A stretch of DNA of 64,000 nt from Blastocladiella emersonii ATCC 22665 (Eukaryota; Fungi; Blastocladiomycota). This document shows, in pieces, positions 24,735 to 36,200 of this stretch. The stretch spans positions 3,472,001 to 3,536,000 of the forward strand of contig JANHCV010000001.1 in assembly GCA_025594325.1 (NCBI GenBank), written 5' to 3'. A model generated the notes under the pieces. That model saw only the letters and a program-made list of their open reading frames with translations. It did no database searches and was not told where the DNA came from. The position numbers and the translations under genes were made by a program. Position 1 is the stretch's first letter; every line of letters starts with the position of its first letter.

Positions 24735-25704
24735 TCAGCAAGTCGCGGCGCCCGCGCCCGCGGCGTCGACCGTAAGCAACAACCGCGGCCGGCTCTGGAC
24801 CCTCGAGTCGCCCTCGGACTCGCACTCGCGGTCCCGCTCCCGCAGCATCTTGCGCTCTCGCTGCCGCTCGCGCAGCCGGAGCTGCAGCTGGAGCCGCGAC
24901 CGCCGCTCCAATGCCGCCGGGTCCGTCACGGGCGCCCCTGCGGTGGGCACGGCGTCCTCGGTCCGCGGCCGGTGCCTCGGATGCCTCTTGAAAGCGGATA
25001 GAGACCTTCGGGTATCGGTCAGTCAGTACGAGTGCTTCGGACCGCGCCCGCAGCGCAACGGTGGACGCGCGACGTACGGCAACTGTGGACGACGTGTTTG
25101 GAACTCTCCCTACGCCCCGACATTGGAGAGCATGACGAGCTGGTTCGTCGGTGTTTAACAGCTGCGGGGTCGACTGAGCCCAGCGATGCGAGTGACGTAC
25201 CGGCCAGGCGGACGAGAAGAGCATCGTGATGATGATCGCAGTGAGGCCGCACATCGCCGTCAGGATGTACTTCATCTCGTCGACCCAGTCCGCGTAGCAC
25301 GCGAGGCAAACGAGCAAAGCGGTGATGGTGAAGCCGGTCTGGTACAGGTACTTGACGTATTTCGCGAGTTTCTGGGCCGTCGCGTTGTCGACGGTCGCGT
25401 TCGCGGTCACCTGGCACGGCCACGCATGGTTTAGTGGAACGCCGTCAGCTAGTGCGAAAATCGTTGAGCATTGGTAAGCGTGTCCAAGAGCGTCGCAAAA
25501 CACACGTACCGGCACCCATACTTCGATGGAGGTGTTTCCCGAAGAGAGAGCGCGAGTGCGATAGCGAGGCATCGTGCATGCGCCCCAGCACAGGTTCTTG
25601 ATGGTCGCGGCAACTGTCTCAATAGGGATCGCGTCCTGGCACGCGATGCCGGTCTCCACGACGGCGTCCTCGACAGCAGGCATGGCGTTAAGCGTGCGCA
25701 TCAT
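24735..25704 (-). CDS. Hypothetical two-TM membrane protein with charged C-terminal tail, 3 exons; 5' end uncertain
   Basis: Hydrophobic segments GFTITALLVCLACY and YILTAMCGLTAIIITMLFSSAW; two GTACGT introns (about 25110-25200 and 25006-25077) around a 32-nt exon give a phase-consistent join to the RLRERQRERKMLRERDRE frame. Confidence 0.5.
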
Positions 25705-25906
25705 AGCGGAGACGTGGGCGGCAAACTGCTTGATTACGGAGGTGATGGGATTCTTAGTTTACACGTTAACCTGACGGTGGAGGAGCTGGATCGCTGAGTG
25801 AAGCGAGCGAGGCACCTTCGCGACGCAGCCGTCGTGTGCCCAGCATTCCGCACGAGTCAGACAGTCGCCAACGCACGGCGTTGCCGGGACTACGGCCATT
25901 GTCGAG

Positions 25907-27306
25907 ATGGCTGCGATCATGAAAGCGGCGCGCGGAGCACCGAAGCTCGCCGCGCCGGCGGCTGGCACGGCCAAGGCTTCGGAGCTCATGCACGTCGACG
26001 CCTTCATTTTCGCGCTCGAGGTCGACCACATCAACCTGTTCAAGCTCGCCACCTTCCTGCGCGACAGCCAGCTCCCGCGCAAGCTTCTCGGGTTCGTCGA
26101 AAAGCACGAGGCGCCACCGGCCGGTGCTACAGCGGGTGACACCGACACCATGTCGCGGCACATCTGGCCGCTTGCCGTCTTTGAGCGGCTGCTCACCAAG
26201 CTCATCGCGCCCGACACGGATGGCCGCGTGCTGCACCTCGCTCCCGCCGGCTCGGGTCCGCCGACGCTCAAGTACCTTGCGCTCAACCCCGCGGGCCACT
26301 TTGCCGACATTGTACGCGACGCGCACGCGCTCGTCTTCGCTGGCGGTACCATGCAGCCCGGGTCCGACTTCACAGACTTCCTCATCCCGGACACGTTCGG
26401 GAAGCCGCTCGAGATGTACTCGTGCGGGCACGTCATCCCGCGCGAGAATCTCGCGGCGCTCGTCGTGCCGCGCAGTCTCGCCGGCCGTACGATCCGGTTC
26501 ACGCTCGAGGGACGGAAGGATCCGCAGCTGGTACGCTCTACTTGGCCTCGCATTGCGACATGTGCGTGCTAACCGCGCCTTGCGTAGTTGCCCAGGTAGT
26601 TGCCCGATGTGTGCCAGACGATCTGTAACCTGGTAAACGTGGTCCCGCGCGGCATGGTCGTGTTCCTGCCCTCGTTCCAGCTGCTCGACGAGATGGCCAA
26701 GGCGTTCCGCGAGCAGGGCTACGCGGCTCGCATCGAGCGCAAGAAACGGGTACGCTCCCTGCTCTCGGTCACCACAATTCGACCTAACCCTCACGCACCG
26801 CGTAGATCTTCACCGAGCCGCGCGAGGCCGTCGACCTCGAACGCGTCCTGCGCGAGTACGCGCAGCACATCGACGAGTCGCCGACGAGCGGCGCGCTGCT
26901 CCTGTCCGTGGTCGGCGGCAAACTGTCCGAGGGCATCAACTTCAGCGGCCCACTCGCGCGGTGCGTGGTCATGGTCGGCATCCCGTACCCGAACCTCGGC
27001 TCGGCCGAGCTGCAGGAGAAGCTCAAGTACATTGACGGGCTGCGGGCTGGTGCATCCAAGGAGTTCTACGAAAACCTCGCGATGCGCGCCGTCAACCAGT
27101 CGATTGGCCGCGCGATTCGCAACCGCATGGACTACGCGGCAGTGGTCCTTGTCGACGTCCGGTACGAGGGCGCGGCGGTGCGCCGCAAGCTGCCCGCGTG
27201 GATCGCCGAGACCATGGCGCCGCCTGACCCGGGGCGGCCGTTTGGCCACGCGGTGCAGACGATTGCGCGGTTCTTCAAGATCCCACGAGATGGTGAGCAA
27301 AACTGA
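25907..27306 (+). pseudogene. CHL1: C-terminal half of Chl1/DDX11 Fe-S helicase (5'-truncated; reading frame and introns intact)
   Basis: DHINLFKL, LKYLALNPAGHFADIVRDAHALVFAGGTMQP, YSCGHVIP, VPRGMVVFLPSF, GALLLSVVGGKLSEGINFSGPLARCVVMVGIPYPN, FYENLAMRAVNQSIGRAIR; no Walker A or DEAH upstream. Confidence 0.85.
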
Positions 27307-28079
27307 TGGATATATGTCGAATGACTAAAGGTGGCAGTGTGAGGTATTCCTCGACGCGGGCTGAGCGTGCAAAGTGTTCCTCTATGACTGCGTTCGAGAT
27401 CGAGAGGATGAGGCCAGTGAACGGCGGCGAGAGCACCGGCGCGAGTGCGGAAAGTGGCTCGCTCGGCTCGGGGTCATGCCGACGTGAACGACGCGACCCT
27501 GCTGCAGGCGCACGTGACCCCGGCTTAGACGCTTGAATTTGAGATGCACCCGAATATTTTTTTCTGAGCATTGGATCGTCATCAGGGGCCCTCAGGGACC
27601 CCGGAAATGTAAAAATCGCCGAGTCGACATGTCGGGGTGTCGAGAAGTCGTCCGACCGTGCAAAGTCGAAAAAAACTTTCGGGTTTGGTCGTTCGGACGA
27701 ACTCGGCCCGAAACGGCACTTGGGACTTGGCTTCTTGAATTGGACTATCCGATCCGATCGCGTATAGACACGCCTTGCCCTGCTCCACCCCCACCTCTAC
27801 TCTGCTCGTCCGCCCGATCATGGTACTCGGCCGCGCCGCGCTACGGCGCCCCTCCGTGCCATTGCGCCGCCGAAGCACGGGCGGAATGCGGCGGCCGGCG
27901 GCCGGCGGCCGGCACCACCCGATCGATATTCGGGCGGGCGCGAGCCATTGTTCGCGGCGCGCCACACTCGTGCGGTGTGGCGCGACGCGTCCGCTGTGAT
28001 CGCGTCGATTATTATTCATTATCACCTCGCCGTGTCCGCCCTCCCCTCTCCGATCCCACCGCTCATCCACATTAATCGC

Positions 28080-31000
28080 ATGGCGACTGACACTTGCTGC
28101 AACGCCGACGTCATCCAGGGCTGCTGCCGAGTGCGCCGTTGAGGGCGCGTGCGGCGACCGCGAGGTCGTGGCGATCGAGGGTGTCGCCGCCGGCGCCGAG
28201 GTCGCGCGCGGCGAGACCATCTCGGTCGAGGCCATCATGCACGGAAAGGGGCCCGTGCAGGCCGCGAGTACCGAGGGCGCCACCGAGGGCGCATGTGGCG
28301 GCGAGTCGATTGCCGTCGTCGCGGATGTGGTCAAGGAGACGATCCCCGGCAAGGTCGTCGTCCTCGCCAAGCCCGTCGGCTCCGAGCTCCTCGTCGAGAG
28401 CTCGGCCGACGAGTCCGTGATCCAGGGCGCCACCGAGGGCGCGAGTGCGGCGGCCGTCGCCAAGGCGGGCGAGGTCGCGCATAGCAACGTGGCCGTTGCC
28501 GAGGCGGGCGAGGTCGCGTGCAGCAACGTGGCCGTCGCCGAGGCGGGCGAGGCCGCGGTCGTCGTCAATGTCGTCGGCAAGGAGTCGTGCGTCACGGCGG
28601 CCGTCACCACCGAGGGCGTGAGCGACGACGACCGCAAGGTCGGCACCATCATCGTCAAGGCCCCGGCCGGCGAGACCGGCACCGTGGCCGCCACCATCAT
28701 GGGCTCGTGCAGCAGCACCATCGCCGCGCCCGCCGAGCGCGCCGCTGCCGACGAATGCTCGGGCGACACGGCCGTCGTTTCCAAGGCCGTGCGCGAGGAG
28801 GTCGTCGCCGCCAAGGTCGCCCTCGCCGAGCCTGTCGCTCGCGAGGCCGACGGCGAGATTCTCGCCAAGACGTCGGTCAACGAGGCCGCCGCCAAGGCCG
28901 CCATCAAGGAGTCGTCGTGCGGCACGAGCACGGGCACGGGTACGGCTACCGAGTGGACCGCCAACAACTGCTCGGACGGCACGGCCGTCGTCGTCCAGGG
29001 CAGCGCAAGTACCGTTTCGGTCGCCGTCAAGGTCGCGAGCACGACCGCGATCCTCGCCGAGCCGAGCGAGATCGCGCGCACCCGCGCATCCGCCCCCGAG
29101 ACCAACGTCAAGGGCTCGACCAGCGGCTCTATTCTCCAGGGCGCCACGAGCTCGCGCGGCAAGGTGCTCGAGCCCCTCGGTACGGCCTCGTACGCTGCGG
29201 CCAGCGGCGCCATCAAGGGCGCGAACGGCGACGACAAGATCGTCAAGGTGCTGTCCGACGAGGAGCTCGTCGCCGGCCGGCGCACGGCCGCGCACTCGGG
29301 CATCGAGCTCGTCATTACCAAGGGCGCGAGCGCCGTCGCCACGGCTGCCGCCGAGAGCAAGCCGGTCCTCCTTACCAAGCCCGTCGCCGTCTCCGTCCCC
29401 GTCCCCGTGCCCGCTGCGCGCATGTCGCCGCACGCCGTCACGGAGCCGACGGCCGCCAAGGACGCGACCGAGGTGCAGCACCTCGAGCAGCAGGAGCAGG
29501 CCGAAAAGGTCACCTTCCGCACCGCCGACGTGGCCGTTCGCGACTCGGGCATCCTCGTTCTGACACCCGCCAGCTCGATGACGGTCGAGCGCGCCAGCTG
29601 CACGGCGCAGCAGCATCAGCCGGGGCGGGTCCTCGAGGCCGTTTGCGGGACCGTCGCGACGACCGCGGGACCCGCGGTCGGTTCCGCGGCCGAGCAGCTC
29701 GAGCTGCTCCCGAACGGCGCCATGGAGCGCATCGTCGACGCTGGTATCGCCGCGCATACCGGCTCATCCAGTGGCGGTATCACTAATGCCGGCGTCAACG
29801 TGGTCCAACTCGTCGTGCTGACGCGCCAGGTGATCCAGGAGCCCAAGGAGCACGGGCCCACCACAGTCGCCACCGACACCGCCGCGGCCGTGGAGCTCCT
29901 GCTGCGGTCTACGGATCAGCGCGAGGCCGCAAGGTACGCTTTCGATCTGTCGTGTCCGGATGCGCGATTAGAATGCTAACGCTGGCGCGATTTGTAGAAG
30001 TCTCGAGGCCGCCAACAACATTGCCGCCGCGACCGCCGCCGCCAAGTTCGAGCACACCGAGCTGAGCGGCCAACCCGTCGCTTTCGACAAAAGGCACGTA
30101 TCTCTCCCTCTCTCTGCGGTTTGCTCCAACGGCAGTCAGGCTGACCATAACTCGAACCGTGTGTGTAGTAGCGTCAAGCGCGTCGAGGCGGCGCAGGCCA
30201 AGTCGGACATGGGCACGCACGGCGGCGGCCACGCCGTTGGCAAGGTCGGCAAGCTCGCGCACGTCGTCGCGGCTCGCGGTGCCGCGCAGCCGCACTGCGA
30301 GATCAAGGCGCAGGGCGCCAAGCCGGCGGGCATCACGCGCCAGCCCGACGACGGCGCCGTGGCCGCCGCCCCTACGCCGGGCGCGGGCGCTGCGGGTGTA
30401 GGGCGGTCGCCGGCCGCCAAGTCGTCGTCGTCGTCGTCGCCTCCGCCGCCTGGTCTCGGCGGCAAGCACGGCCGCAAGGAGAAGACGCGGTGGCCAAAGC
30501 TGCCGAAGCTGCCATGGCCAGCAACCCGCAACGACGCGACTCGGGCACACGACCCGACCTCAGCTCGTCGCGCATCGACGGGCTCGCCGCCCTCCTCGCC
30601 GCTCTCGACTGAGACCGTGACGCAGCACGCACAGAAACCAGCGACACCGGCGACACCGGCGACACCGGCGCCCGCGGGCAAGTACGCCGAGTCGGCCGCC
30701 GTCTCGGAGCCCGTGACCGGCCTCGCGGGGCGTACGCGTCGCGCCGCGGCCAAGGTCCTCGGCAGCATCAAGAAGCTGCAGCAGAAGCAGCAGCAGCAGC
30801 GCCAGTCTCGTTCCCCCTCCCGCGGCCGCGTCGGTGACGATCTTCCGCGGGGCGAGGGCCACGACGCGCTCGGGTCTGTGGGGCCCATCTCGGCGGGCGC
30901 GACGGCCGCAGCAACGGGTACAACGAGCACGGGCGCTACCACGTCGGTCCACGTTTCTGCCGCAACGCCGGCGGCGCGGCCAGCGCCACGACGCGCGCTC

Positions 31001-31852
31001 CCGCGCATGCTCGCGCAACTCGGCAAGGATGTCGAGATCGAGACCGCGCTGGACGTCATGGCGACGCACCACGACTTCCTCGCGCGCCGAACTCGCGAGC
31101 TGGCGGCCAGCAACCGGTCCACTCGCCCGAGCGCCGACGTCGAGCGAGAGCGCGAGGACGCGACCATGGGGTCCAAGCGCGCGACGCTGCAGGGGGACCC
31201 GGCGTGGCTCAAGACGTTCCTCGTCGCCCTCGAGGAGGAGGTCCCGACGTCGATGCTCGACTTCCTCGGCATCTGGGTCCAGGCCCGCGCGACGCCGCTG
31301 CTGACCGAGGAGCAGGCGGCGCGCCTCTGCGAGGTTGCCTCGCAGCACCCCGAGGCCTGGCAGCACCACGCTCATGCGCTCAAAACTCGCCAACTTCTCC
31401 CGACCGACCCCGCCTTCCGCCTCGCCTTCTCGCTGGGCGGCGCGCAGGACCCGACGGATCCGGCGCTCGTGGCGCTCGACTGCGACCTCCTGGCCGTGTT
31501 CCAGAAGTTTGACGACTGGTCGAGCCGCGAGGCCCTCGGCCACTACCTCGACTACCTCCACCAGCTCGCCGAGCACCTCATCATCGACAAGTCGCAGCAG
31601 TACAGCGGCAACCGTACGGTCCAAGGGCCGCCCGCGCAGGTCCTCGTCAACATTTGCGCGGTGGCCGCCCACCACCTCGCGTGCGGCAAGCCGTTCGATC
31701 CGCCCGCCACGGACGACGGCAAGACCATGGACACGCTCGACTGGTCCCGGCTCACGCTCGAGACGCAGTCGCTGCTCCAGCTTATGCTCGTCCTGCTCGG
31801 GTTCATCGAGCGCCTCGGTCAGCGGTACCTGGCGGGGGCCGGGCCCGTTTGA
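28080..31852 (+). CDS. Large hypothetical protein: Ala/Val/Glu/Thr/Cys-rich low-complexity N-terminal region plus C-terminal helical domain; apparent frameshift near codon 14, introns 29934-29997 and 30094-30168
   Basis: Strong G/C third-position bias through ORFs 28168-29979 and 30161-31852; introns with CTAAC/CTGAC branch points join them in frame via a middle exon. Confidence 0.6.
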
Positions 31853-32400
31853 CGGGGCGGACGGCTTTCCACGATTTCCCTTTCTCTCTCTCTCTCTGTG
31901 AATGTTTGATTTGATGTTGAATGAATACAATCCAAAGTTTCGTTTAATTATGTTATAGCTCTTGTTCCTGACCGTACTTGCCCGCAATTTCGCCGCTGGT
32001 GAACTCGCTCTCGCCGTACACAGCGGTTTCGGGTGTAGTGGAACCGCGGCAGCGCCGCGAGTAGGGGATGGCGGAGCCTTGGACGGAAACGCTCCGCGGT
32101 CGGCCACGACGTTGATGGTGGCGGAAAGCGGTCTTATTGCATGGTATCGCTGCGTTGCATCGAGTCTAGTGTCAAGCGGAAGCGTTGCGTTGCAAGTCCC
32201 GGAGAGGAGCGAGGTCCCTCGCAGGAACGACGGGGAGGCCAGCAGCAGCAGCAGCGCCAGCAAGCGAGCAGCGCCTGCGCCTCGACGACCACGACGCTCC
32301 TGCTCTCGCTCTCCCTCACCCTTTTCATGAAGCACCACCATATACCATGAAGCGAATGAACTGGCTGCAACGAACACGGCGGTGCTTTCTGCGGCCTCAG

Positions 32401-32770
32401 CCAGCCGTGATCCCAGCGGGGCGCGACTACTGCTTCCCCTTCCCGCCGTACTCGATCCAGGTCGGCGTCATGAACACCCTGCACCTCAAACACCGATACG
32501 CGTGGCGCAACGCGTGGCGCAACGCGTCTCCGATCGCTCTTGGCCAAGCCGCGACCCAGCACGCGTCCGCGGGCCCATCGTCCAGTTGTCGTTGGCGCCC
32601 GTGAAATTGTCGGAGTTGCTGAACTCAACAATCGCTGCGCTGAAGTTTCCGAGGCCCGACCCTTCCGAGCCGGCGCCACGTCTCGCCAGCGGACCTGGCG
32701 TCGCAACACGCAAGACGCTTGTGGGCGAGCTTTCTCACACGCCGAGCGAGTTTCCCTCGGTTCGCACACT
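32401..32770 (+). pseudogene. CHL1: Decayed fragments of the Chl1/DDX11 N-terminal region
   Basis: DYCFPFPPYSIQVGVMNTL (Q-motif region, 32425-32481); LVGELSHT then RVSLGS in a shifted frame (32718-32764); ELNNRCAEV (about 32621-32647). Confidence 0.55.
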
Positions 32771-33231
32771 TTGAGGCCCGCCCGCCTCGTGCTGAGAGTT
32801 TCCGACGTGACAGTCTCGCAGCGATGCATAAAGCTCGTCGCCGCCGCCAAGGCTCACGCGTCGCGAAGCTGTCCAGGTTCGCTCTGCTGGCTCGGCGCTC
32901 CTGAACTCGAGCCCACCACTCTCACCCGCTTCCGAGATGTTGGTCTAACGTCAAACTTGCGATTGCTTCTGTTTTCGGGTCGGATGAGGTAACTGTGTGT
33001 GCCATGATGATGATGATATGCAAGCGATGGGGGAAGGGGAGGAGGGACGCGAGGGTGAAGGTAGGGACGGATACACGATGAGGATGATGGAGAGGGAGTC
33101 GCTGCTCGCCCGGCGGCCCATGACGGCGCACACGCTGCAGATCGCGCAGCGCGTGCACAGCTGGCCAGACCGCGAGCGAGGACGTGGCGCTGAGTAGGCG
33201 GAACCTGCCCGCCCGCCCGCCCAGTGCTGCA

Positions 33232-36200
33232 CTACGCCGTAGGCGCGCGCATCAGCCTCGCCCTCGCGGCCGCGTCAGCGTCGGGGTTCCCGGTCCCGCC
33301 GCCACCGTTGTTGATCGACGGCGTGCCGTACGCGGCGAGCACGTCGAACGACGCGTCGCTGCCGCGCGCGCTTCGTGGCGGCATGCTGGCCGAGGACGAC
33401 TTGACACCGGGCGGCGCGAGCGCGGCCGACGCGGCCGACGACGACGGGTCCTCGCCCGTTGGCGTGCGCCCGTCCATGTACAGCAGCGACGAAAAGTCCA
33501 TGAGCGCGTCCGACGGGAGCCCGAGCGACGGCAGGTGCAGGCGCGGCAGGGCGATCCCGGTCCCGTCGTCGCTGGCGTGGTGCTGGTGGTGGGCCGGGGG
33601 CGGTAATGGCGGCTGCTGCTGCGCCGCAGCGGCGGAAGCGGACCCGAACAGCGCCGTGTGGTGCTCGAGGAGGAACTCGACCACATCGATCGAGCCCATG
33701 TCAAAGTAGGCCTCGCCGCGAGCGGGGTCGCGCATGAGCGTCGGGCCGAACACGACGCCCAAATTGTGCGGCGTCATGCGGGTCAGCGCATGGTTATCGG
33801 CGACGCGGCGGAGGTGCGCGAACAGGACGTGCAGAGTCGCTGCATGCGCGGGCGGGAGCTGGGCGACGGCGCGGCGCATCGCGGCCTGGCGGGCCGCGAG
33901 CTCAGCATCGTCGGCGGCCTCGTCGCCGCCGTGGTCGCTCGCCGTGGCGCGCATCGCCTCCTTGACGAGCGGGTACACGCCGAACGTGATGAGCGGGTTG
34001 GGCAGGTCGCGCAGGTACTGCTTGAGGACCGACGTGGCCACGGTCACGTCGCCGTACACGTCCTCGTCGGCGAGGTTGGGCAAGTGCCCGCGGTCAAAGT
34101 CGGCCACGGCCTGCTTGACGAGGTTGAGCGGGCCCGACTTGCGGTACACGCCCTCAAAGTCCATGCCGATCGCCTCGACCGCGGCCACGCACCGCGCCAC
34201 GACCGCGGGCACGCCGTGCGGGTCGCCGGCCATGGTCTGGGCGAGGTCGACGCCAAACACCTTGACCGGCGGGCCGCCCGCGTTCGCGCCCGCGGCGCCA
34301 GCCGCCGCTGCAGCAGCCGCTGCACCCGCGCCCGCGGACCCAGCACCGTGCTTGCCGGCCTTGGCCTTGAACCCCTTGCCGTCGGTGATGTGGGCCTCGA
34401 TCGCGCCGGGGCACCGTGGCGGGACCATGGGCGCGCACTTGGTGTGGGCAACGAGCCCGCAGCACCGGCAGCTCATTTCGCGCGCGCCGCCCATGCCCCA
34501 GATGCGGTCGCCGCACTGGTGGCACTTGACAATCTTGTTGAACGTGGTGGCCTGGAAAATGTGCGACTTGTCGCCCGACGTCATGGCGTTGCTGGACCCG
34601 AGCGCGACTGAGCGGATCGACGCCGCGTCGTCGTCGAGCGACCCGGCGGGCGGCGGCGACGGCGACGGGAACTGGCCGCCGGAGTGCAGCTGGCCGGCGG
34701 GCGACGCGTTCGGGCTGGGCCCCGTGCCAGTGCCAGGCGGTTTCGCCGACATCTTGCGCCCGCCGGGCCCGTACCCGGGCGTCGGCGGCATCGACGCGGT
34801 GCCGGCCGACGACGCATACCCGCTACTCCCCCCGCTGCCGTACGCGCTATCGTCCTCGGCCGTCATCTTGTCCTTGATCTTAGCGAACGCGGACGTGACG
34901 CCGGCGAGCCCGAGGTTGAACTTGCTGGGCTTCTTGGGCCGCTTGGGCGCCGGGAACGTGAACGTGTGCTCGCGCGACGGCGACGACAGCGGCGTGATAT
35001 CGTACGAGGGCCGGCGGTACCCGGCGCCGACGAGCCCGAGCGTAATCCCGCCGGGCCCGTGCGCGGACGAGCCCATGACGGCGGCGGGGCTCGCGCCGGC
35101 AGCCCCAATCTCGCGGAGCGAGGGCACGGGGGAGGGCGCTGCGGGCGACGCCTTGACGGCGGGCGAGCCGCGGACGACAACGGGTCCCGGGCTCGGCCCC
35201 GCGGCGCGCGCGGCCTCGAGGGCCTCCTGGTGCGGGTTGACGACACGCGGCGAGGTCGGCGCGCTGAGGCTCCCGCCCATGCCGCCGTCGGCGCGGCGCG
35301 GGGACCCGATGCCGGGCGTCGGCGACATGGGCTCGTCGGCGGGCCGCAGGGCGGCGGCGGCGTTGGGCGAGTTGGCGAGGATCGAGGGGCCCGAGCGCGG
35401 CGGCGGGACGAGGATCGGCTCGAGCGTGATGAGCGCGCGCCGCTCGGCGCGCGTCAGGCCGTCGAGCGACTTGGACGCGCCGAGCGTCGGCGACTTGACG
35501 CTGTCGAGGCCCGGCGTCGGCGCGCGGTCGGCTGCAGCGGCGGCGGCGGCCGGGAGCGCGGGGACGGGCGGGATCTCTTCACTGGGCGTGCCCGGGTTGC
35601 TACCGCCTGACGCAGCGGCAGCGCTGTTGCTCGTGTCGAGCGGGTACGACGCGGTGCGGGGCGGGCGCACGAGGACAGTGGCGGCGCTGACAGTTTCGCG
35701 GTGCAGCGACGCCTCGCGCGGCACGTCCTCGGCGTGGATGATGGTCGAGGCCGAGAAATTGGCGGCGCCGTTGGACGGGGCCGCGCTGACGGGCGAGAGG
35801 CCATCCTGGGCGCCAGCGGCGGCGGTGGGCGGGAGGAGCGGGAGGTCCTTGGTCGGGAGCGGCGGCGGGGTAGCCGCTGTGCGGTCGCCCTCGGCTGCCG
35901 CAGCGACGACGGCGGGAGCGGCGGTAGCGGGGACGATGGTCGTGGAACTGCTGCCCGAGGGCGCGGGCGACGCCGTGTTCCGGGGAGTCGCTTCAAGCGA
36001 CGCCACGTCGCGCTGCAGGCGCGCGCGCAGGGCCTCGAGCTCCTCGACCTCGCGCAGGAGGTTGCGTTTGCGCTGGATGAAGATCTCGTCGGTCGACGTC
36101 GCCGCAGTGGGCTCACCCGATGCGTTCTCCTCATCCTCGTCCTCCTCGGGAACCGACTCGAGGTCCTTGACCGACGACGCGGCGGACCCGGAACCGCGGG

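Noticed and set aside
24625-25704. 359-aa single-exon ORF as called by the track
   Set aside because: It reads through two canonical GTACGT introns; the spliced model ending at 24735 fits better.
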